From a virus, in the IMG/VR virus record IMGVR_UViG_3300045988_147571: a DNA stretch of 64,000 nt. One strand, written 5' to 3'. Under the pieces are notes generated by a model. That model was not told the DNA's origin. It worked only from the letters and a program-made list of their open reading frames with translations, and made no database searches. Shown here in pieces: positions 59,061-64,000 of this stretch; position 1 is the stretch's first letter; each line of letters opens with the position of its first letter. The position numbers were made by a program, and so were the translations under genes.

Positions 59061-59390
59061 ATGAGAAGAATTATTGTAAAAATTGATCGTGACAAAGCAG
59101 TTGAACTTGAAAGAGTTAACTTTGAATTAAGTTTTACAAAGGATGTTATACAAAGACTTATTGAGTCCCATCCGAATGATACAGAGCTTATTAATGGAGA
59201 AGTATTCCAGAAATATAATCGTCAGGGCGCAGAACTTCAGGCTAAATACTCTCTCCTTGCTGCCGAAATTGAAAGAGAATATATCCCTGAGAAATTAAAA
59301 GGTCATAAGTATACATGGAATATTCCTAATGGTACAAATGACTTTATAATTGATATTCAGTGTAATTGTGAAATCGAGGGAATTGAATGA
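59061..59390 (+). CDS. candidate CXXX-repeat modification system accessory protein
   Basis: 109-aa helical ORF whose stop overlaps the radical SAM start (ATGA). The call rests on context only. Confidence 0.4.
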   Translation: MRRIIVKIDRDKAVELERVNFELSFTKDVIQRLIESHPNDTELINGEVFQKYNRQGAELQAKYSLLAAEIEREYIPEKLKGHKYTWNIPNGTNDFIIDIQCNCEIEGIE

Positions 59391-60721
59391 GAAAACATGA
59401 ACAATATTCTGATCAGATAGCTAGGTTGTATCCGCCAGAGAAGCCTGAGACCGATGACGGACAACGAATTTTAACTCAAAGCGTTACTTTTCAAGTAACT
59501 GATGATTGCAATCTCGCATGCAAATATTGTTATCAAACCTGCAGAAATAAGCGTTCGATGTCATTTGAAACTGCAAAGAAATTTGCTGATTTAATTATTT
59601 CAGGAGATAAAGGCTTTTCTAAGTATATCAACCCAGAGAAATCTCCAGGATTAGTTGTGGATTTTATTGGAGGAGAACCTTTTCTTGAAATAGAATTGAT
59701 TGACCAGATTTGCACATATATCATGGATCGATTGATAGAACTTGATCATCCATGGGCCATGAAAACTAAATTTTCTATATGTTCTAATGGTACTCTTTAT
59801 AGAGAACCTAAAGTGCAGGATTTCTTACGTAAATGGGCCAATAGATTATCTTTTTCAGTCACTATAGATGGTAACAAGGAATTACATGATTCTTGTAGAG
59901 TATTCCCTGATGGAAGTCCAAGTTATGATCTTGCAGTTGATGCAGCTACAGACTGGATGAAAAAAGGTTATTATATGGGAAGTAAGATTACTATAGCTCC
60001 TGGCAATATAAGTTATCTTTATGATGCAATAGTTCATATGACAGAACTTGGCTATAATGAAATTAATGCTAACTGTGTATTTGAAGAGGGATGGACTACT
60101 ATGCATGCTACTGTTCTTTATGATCAAATGAAACGTATATCTGATTATTTCTTAGAAAAAGATTATGATTTCGAACATGACTTTTTCTGCTCTTTATATA
60201 ATGATGATTTCTTTAAACCAAAAGATGTGGCAGAGATTCAAAATTGGTGCGGTGGGACAGGTTCCGCTATGATTTCATGTGATCCTGATGGACATATTTT
60301 TCCTTGCATCAGATATATGGAATCTTCTCTTAATGGACAACAAGAACCTTATTCTATTGGAGATGTAGATAATGGGATAGGCTACTGTGATTGTTATAAA
60401 TGCAGACTTAATTGCCTTAATTCTATTGATCGTAGAACTCAGAGTACAGATGAGTGCTTCTACTGCCCTATTGCAGAAGGCTGTGCATGGTGTTCAGCTT
60501 ACAACTATCAAGTATTTGGAACTCCGGATAAAAGAGCGACATTTATCTGTGTTATGCACAAAGCTCGTGCTTTAGGTAATTATTACTTCTGGAATAAATA
60601 TTATAGAAAACATGATCTGAAAAAACGTATGGAGATTTTTGTGCCTGATGAATGGGCACTTGAGATTATCTCTGAATCAGAACTTAATATGTTGAAAGAA
60701 TTGGAAAGAGAGGACGATTAG
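59387..60721 (+). CDS. radical SAM / SPASM-domain maturase
   Basis: CNLACKYC (CxxxCxxC), GGEPF, and C-terminal auxiliary-cluster motifs WCGGTGS..CDPDGHIFPC and CFYCPIAEGCAWC. 444 aa. Confidence 0.85.
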   Translation: MRKHEQYSDQIARLYPPEKPETDDGQRILTQSVTFQVTDDCNLACKYCYQTCRNKRSMSFETAKKFADLIISGDKGFSKYINPEKSPGLVVDFIGGEPFLEIELIDQICTYIMDRLIELDHPWAMKTKFSICSNGTLYREPKVQDFLRKWANRLSFSVTIDGNKELHDSCRVFPDGSPSYDLAVDAATDWMKKGYYMGSKITIAPGNISYLYDAIVHMTELGYNEINANCVFEEGWTTMHATVLYDQMKRISDYFLEKDYDFEHDFFCSLYNDDFFKPKDVAEIQNWCGGTGSAMISCDPDGHIFPCIRYMESSLNGQQEPYSIGDVDNGIGYCDCYKCRLNCLNSIDRRTQSTDECFYCPIAEGCAWCSAYNYQVFGTPDKRATFICVMHKARALGNYYFWNKYYRKHDLKKRMEIFVPDEWALEIISESELNMLKELEREDD

Positions 60722-60735
60722 TCCTCTCTCTTTTT
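60707..60735 (+). terminator. intrinsic terminator
   Basis: 9-bp stem AGAGAGGAC/GTCCTCTCT with a 5-nt loop, followed by CTTTTT. Overlaps the stop codon. Confidence 0.6.
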
Positions 60736-60821
60736 AATATCCATAGTCTATATTTACATTTCTATTTTAAGAACAATCAGTTCTTATCTTTAATTCACAT
60801 CTACGAAGGAGGCTTGATATT

Positions 60822-62504
60822 ATGACAGAAATCAAAGGTATTGATGTTTCCCGTTGGAACGGAACAATTGATTGGAAAACTGTTGCTAATTATGGCATGG
60901 GCTTTGCTATCCTAAGAATCACAGAAAAAGGAAATATTGTTGATAGCACATTCGAACCAAACTACAAAGGCTGCATTGAGAATAAGATTCCTGTTGGAGT
61001 CTATAAATACAGCTATGCTACTACTATTGCTCAGATTGAAGATGAAGCAAATGTAGTTATTAAAACATTGAATAAAAGAAAACTGGATTATCCAGTATTT
61101 CTTGATATAGAGGATAAATGTCAGGAGAATTTATCTGACAGTTTAATGATGAAAATGATTGAAACGTTTAGAGCTATTATTGTCAAAGCTGGATATAAAT
61201 TTGGTATTTATTGCGGTTATTCTTGGTATCAGAACCAGTTACCAGAGGGCGCGAAAAAGTACGATTGCTGGGTTGCTCGATATCCTAATAATGATACCGG
61301 TGAATTACAGGAAAGATTAAGAGTTCCTGCTTCTACTGGTGTTATTGGATGGCAATATTCTAGTAAGGCAACCATTCCTGGAATGCCAACAAAAACCGAT
61401 CGAAGTGTATTCTATAAAGACTATTCTAAATCTTCTACTACTTCTACAAACTCTCCCAAACCAACAACTACACAAGGAAGTGATGCTATGAACAAAGAAA
61501 AGGCTATTGATGCTCTTATTGCTTGCGCTGAAAATGAGGTTGGATATTTAGAAAAGAAATCTAACTCTCAGCTTGATGATAAGACTGCAAATGCGGGTTA
61601 TAATAACTATACTAAGTACTGGAGAGACGTATATCCAGAATATCAGGGACAGGCATGGTGTGCTGCATTTGTGAGCTGGTGTATGATGAAAACATTCGGT
61701 CTTGAGACAGCTAAAAAGCTCCTTAAACATTGGCCTTATGTATATTGTCCTACTCTTGGAAATCTCTTTACAAAGTATGCAAATCCACAGCGAGGAGATA
61801 TTGTAATCTTCTATCGTAATGGCACATTTACACATACAGGATTAGTTACTAAAGTTGAAGGGGATAAGTTCTACACAATTGAAGGTAATACCTCAGGAGG
61901 ATCTTCTATCGTTCCAAATGGTGGTGGAGTTTATGCAAAATCTTATTATAATTCAAATCTTCCAGGCACTAAATTCTGTCGTCCAGACTATTCTATTGTC
62001 AAATCTATCCTGACATCTAATGCCTCTTCTACACCATCTCCTGCACCCGTACAGCCATCTTATACAGCATGGGTAGGTTCTTGTACAACTAATGGAACAG
62101 ACGTGTTCTCAGACGCTACAGGAGCATCTAAACTAAATATATATCCCAAACTTAATGCAGGTAATCTTGTAGACATCATCGGTGAATCTGGCACAAGATA
62201 TCAGGTTCGTATTGCTGCAAAATATGTTGGTTATGTAGAGAAATCTAACATTAAAAATCCTGCTGCAACAACTACAAAGAAATATCCATTTGTAGGAAAA
62301 GTAACGGCAAATAAATTGAATGTTCGTAAGAAAGCTGGTACTGAACATCCATTACTTCCAGAGTATCCGCAGCTAAATAAAGACAATCTTATTAATGTCC
62401 TTGGAGTTACAAAAGATACTAAAGGTGACAGATGGTATAAAGTATCAATCACAAAAAAAGAATACATCGGCTATGTGTCAGCCAAGTATATTACTAAAGC
62501 ATAA
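60822..62504 (+). CDS. endolysin: GH25 muramidase + CHAP + SH3b-like repeats
   Basis: The N-terminus GIDVSRWNGTIDWKTV..FAILRI is typical of GH25. A Ser/Thr/Pro linker follows. CHAP motifs are GQAWCAAFVSWC and FTHTGLV..EGNT. Two C-terminal SH3b-like segments. AAGGAGG RBS. Confidence 0.8.
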   Translation: MTEIKGIDVSRWNGTIDWKTVANYGMGFAILRITEKGNIVDSTFEPNYKGCIENKIPVGVYKYSYATTIAQIEDEANVVIKTLNKRKLDYPVFLDIEDKCQENLSDSLMMKMIETFRAIIVKAGYKFGIYCGYSWYQNQLPEGAKKYDCWVARYPNNDTGELQERLRVPASTGVIGWQYSSKATIPGMPTKTDRSVFYKDYSKSSTTSTNSPKPTTTQGSDAMNKEKAIDALIACAENEVGYLEKKSNSQLDDKTANAGYNNYTKYWRDVYPEYQGQAWCAAFVSWCMMKTFGLETAKKLLKHWPYVYCPTLGNLFTKYANPQRGDIVIFYRNGTFTHTGLVTKVEGDKFYTIEGNTSGGSSIVPNGGGVYAKSYYNSNLPGTKFCRPDYSIVKSILTSNASSTPSPAPVQPSYTAWVGSCTTNGTDVFSDATGASKLNIYPKLNAGNLVDIIGESGTRYQVRIAAKYVGYVEKSNIKNPAATTTKKYPFVGKVTANKLNVRKKAGTEHPLLPEYPQLNKDNLINVLGVTKDTKGDRWYKVSITKKEYIGYVSAKYITKA

Positions 62505-62515
62505 GGAGGTATATC

Positions 62516-63064
62516 ATGGGCATTGAACAGATACAGAAAATCCATGAATTTGGTGAGATCAATGTAATCATAGTTGTACTTCTTGTTGCTGCTTTAGTTA
62601 TTGCTCTGCGAGCTGGTTGGGAAAAACTTCTTGATGCGCTTGGACTTGAAACTAAGGCTTCTTTAAGACAGAAAGCATTAGATCAGAAACTTTCTGATAT
62701 GGAACAGAAGATTTCTGATTTTGAGGACTCTCAGCATGCATATCATGATCAATCTATTAGTATTAGAGATGATTTAAAGACGAATCAGAACACTCTTTGT
62801 ACACAGCTTACTGATTTAACTAATTTAATGCAGAACTTTATAACTAATCAGGATGAATGCACTGTAGCTGCATTTAGAAGCTCTCTATGGAGAATGCATA
62901 GAGACTTTATGACACAAGGATATATTACACCGGATGGATTAAAAACATTCCTTGAAATGGGGAAACTTTATGAAAAAGCTGGCGGAAATGATATTTATCA
63001 TGAGAAATTACTTCCAGATATTGAATCTTTGGAAGTCAGATATACAAAAGACAGCGTACTATAA
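62516..63064 (+). CDS. membrane-anchored protein next to the endolysin (lysis accessory candidate)
   Basis: GGAGG RBS. One N-terminal TM helix (INVIIVVLLVAALVIAL) followed by a coiled-coil. Confidence 0.4.
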   Translation: MGIEQIQKIHEFGEINVIIVVLLVAALVIALRAGWEKLLDALGLETKASLRQKALDQKLSDMEQKISDFEDSQHAYHDQSISIRDDLKTNQNTLCTQLTDLTNLMQNFITNQDECTVAAFRSSLWRMHRDFMTQGYITPDGLKTFLEMGKLYEKAGGNDIYHEKLLPDIESLEVRYTKDSVL

Positions 63065-63067
63065 TTT

Positions 63068-63106
63068 ATGGGTAGTCAGGCATTATGCTTGGCTACCCAT
63101 TTTTTT
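63068..63106 (+). terminator. intrinsic terminator
   Basis: 8-10 bp stem ATGGGTAG../..CTACCCAT followed by TTTTTT. This replaces the 5' part of ORF-track ORF 63068..63373. Confidence 0.6.
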
Positions 63107-63144
63107 ACTTTTATGTTATACTTTTTCAGAGAGGTGAACACAAT

Positions 63145-63373
63145 GATAAGATATGAATATGAACCGGGATTTTGCAGGCAACTACATTACAATGGTCTCT
63201 GGAAAGTTGAATACGAAGGAGTTCCTGGGCACTTTAAAAAGGTCAAGATGGCATGCGATTGTATTAAAGATGGATGCGACCAGGACTGCGAAGTGTTTGG
63301 AACTGTAGCTGATGTGAAAAATCCAAACATGGAATGGCATATGCGAGATGAAAATGGAAATATGGTTGGATGA
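63145..63373 (+). CDS. small Cys-rich hypothetical protein
   Basis: GAGAGGTGA RBS upstream of ATG 63145. 76 aa with CDCIKDGCDQDC. Confidence 0.45.
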
Positions 63374-63374
63374 A

Positions 63375-63411
63375 AAATGGACAGTTGAGTGTAATACTCT
63401 TCTGTCCATTT
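63375..63411. terminator. bidirectional terminator between convergent genes
   Basis: 10-bp stem AAATGGACAG/CTGTCCATTT with a 17-nt loop. Confidence 0.5.
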
Positions 63412-63414
63412 AAA

Positions 63415-63690
63415 TTATACTGTTTTAATCTCTTTATCAAGTATATTCCGGACTTCTTCCACAGTTAGTCCTTTTTCTCGAAGTAATTTTGCCAAATCTT
63501 TCATAGACTGTTCTTCTTTAAATTTTGCTTCATTCTTTTCTGCTACTGCAAGGTCTTTTATAAGACTCTTTTTCTGTAATCTCAAGCCTTTAATATCTTC
63601 TGTAAGTTTTGCAATTTGTTCTTCTATAGATGTAATTTGTGATTTAATTTCATTCGTTGTCGATTCTGCTACTCGTCTTTTACCCCTCAT
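63415..63690 (-). CDS. coiled-coil hypothetical protein
   Basis: GGAGG lies 8 nt upstream of the Met at 63690. The ORF-track start at 63699 has no RBS. 91 aa, Lys/Glu-rich. Confidence 0.5.
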   Translation of the reverse strand: MRGKRRVAESTTNEIKSQITSIEEQIAKLTEDIKGLRLQKKSLIKDLAVAEKNEAKFKEEQSMKDLAKLLREKGLTVEEVRNILDKEIKTV

Positions 63691-63720
63691 TTGAAGCACC
63701 TCCTAATATAATTATAAATA

Positions 63721-63749
63721 ATCATATCATAAAATTATAAGAGGTGCAA
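63721..63749 (-). promoter_or_regulatory. sigma70-type promoter candidate TTGCAC-N17-TATGAT
   Basis: On the minus strand, TTGCAC is at 63749-63744 and TATGAT at 63726-63721, with a 17-nt spacer. It lies upstream of the 63690 gene. Confidence 0.35.
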
Positions 63750-63835
63750 GATATTACCGGAGTGTTAACATTGTTTCATCTACCTCCTCTGGTAGTTATT
63801 TTAGAAAAATTGTCTCATTGTACTGCTCGGTTTTG

Positions 63836-63857
63836 ACACCATTTGTACACCATTTGT
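63836..63857. repeat. perfect tandem direct repeat ACACCATTTGT x2
   Basis: Read directly from the sequence. It overlaps TTGACA (63833-38) and the -35 of a possible plus-strand TTGTGT-N17-TATAAT promoter (63854-63882). Confidence 0.7.
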
Positions 63858-64000
63858 GTGTTAAGTTACGTGAGGATATAATATAATACGTGAATGTTAA
63901 TCCTTTAAATCTGCAAGATAGGGTTGAAAAATGGCTCTATCATTACATCTTTATGATCGTATTGTTATTAATAAAAAATGTCAATACAATTTATATATAT

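Noticed and set aside
63068-63144. N-terminal 25 codons of ORF-track ORF 63068..63373
   Set aside because: This stretch forms a strong stem-loop followed by a T-run, so it acts as the terminator of the preceding gene. A good RBS precedes the internal ATG at 63145.
1-64000. tRNA, rRNA or integrase/att features
   Set aside because: The only sizeable non-coding stretches (8555-8980, 19640-20030, 63700-64000) are accounted for by intron cores or promoter-like AT-rich DNA. I found no cloverleaf-compatible sequence and no recombinase ORF by eye. A tRNAscan-SE run would settle this.

Overview
AT-rich window, almost entirely plus-strand, that reads as the late region (packaging, head, tail, baseplate and fibres, lysis) of a tailed dsDNA phage or prophage. 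The endolysin (GH25 + CHAP + SH3b) and the frequent GTG/TTG starts with GGAGG-type RBSs point to a Gram-positive host; the encoded radical SAM enzyme suggests an anaerobe. Gene order: possible small terminase, large terminase, portal, scaffold-like protein, major capsid, head-tail joining genes, major tail protein, TP901-type tape measure, Dit, Tal, a large baseplate and fibre block, then the lysis genes. I saw no rRNA, tRNA, CRISPR array, integrase or transposase. All family assignments come from motifs read by eye and from synteny, not from searches.

Four things stand out:
1. Three essential late genes carry self-splicing elements. The terminase P-loop holds an Ala1 LAGLIDADG intein. The capsid gene holds a group I intron with a GIY-YIG endonuclease. 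The tape measure gene holds a second group I intron. Both introns have P/Q/R/S core elements and an internal guide sequence complementary to the ligated exons.
2. The tape measure intron has no sense-strand homing endonuclease. It carries an antisense three-gene cassette instead: a double zinc-ribbon protein, a HEPN-like R-x4-H protein and a 36-aa 4-Cys peptide. The cassette promoter sits at the 3' splice site.
3. A virion-type protein starts with about 210 aa of near-perfect CXXX repeats (52 Cys), followed by glycine-rich domains. A terminator-bounded three-gene unit ending in a radical SAM/SPASM maturase lies just downstream. This looks like a phage-encoded, RiPP-like modification system acting on a structural protein.
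4. Five copies of a roughly 270-300 aa glycine-rich domain are spread over two fibre-like proteins, and the spliced tape measure would be about 3735 aa.
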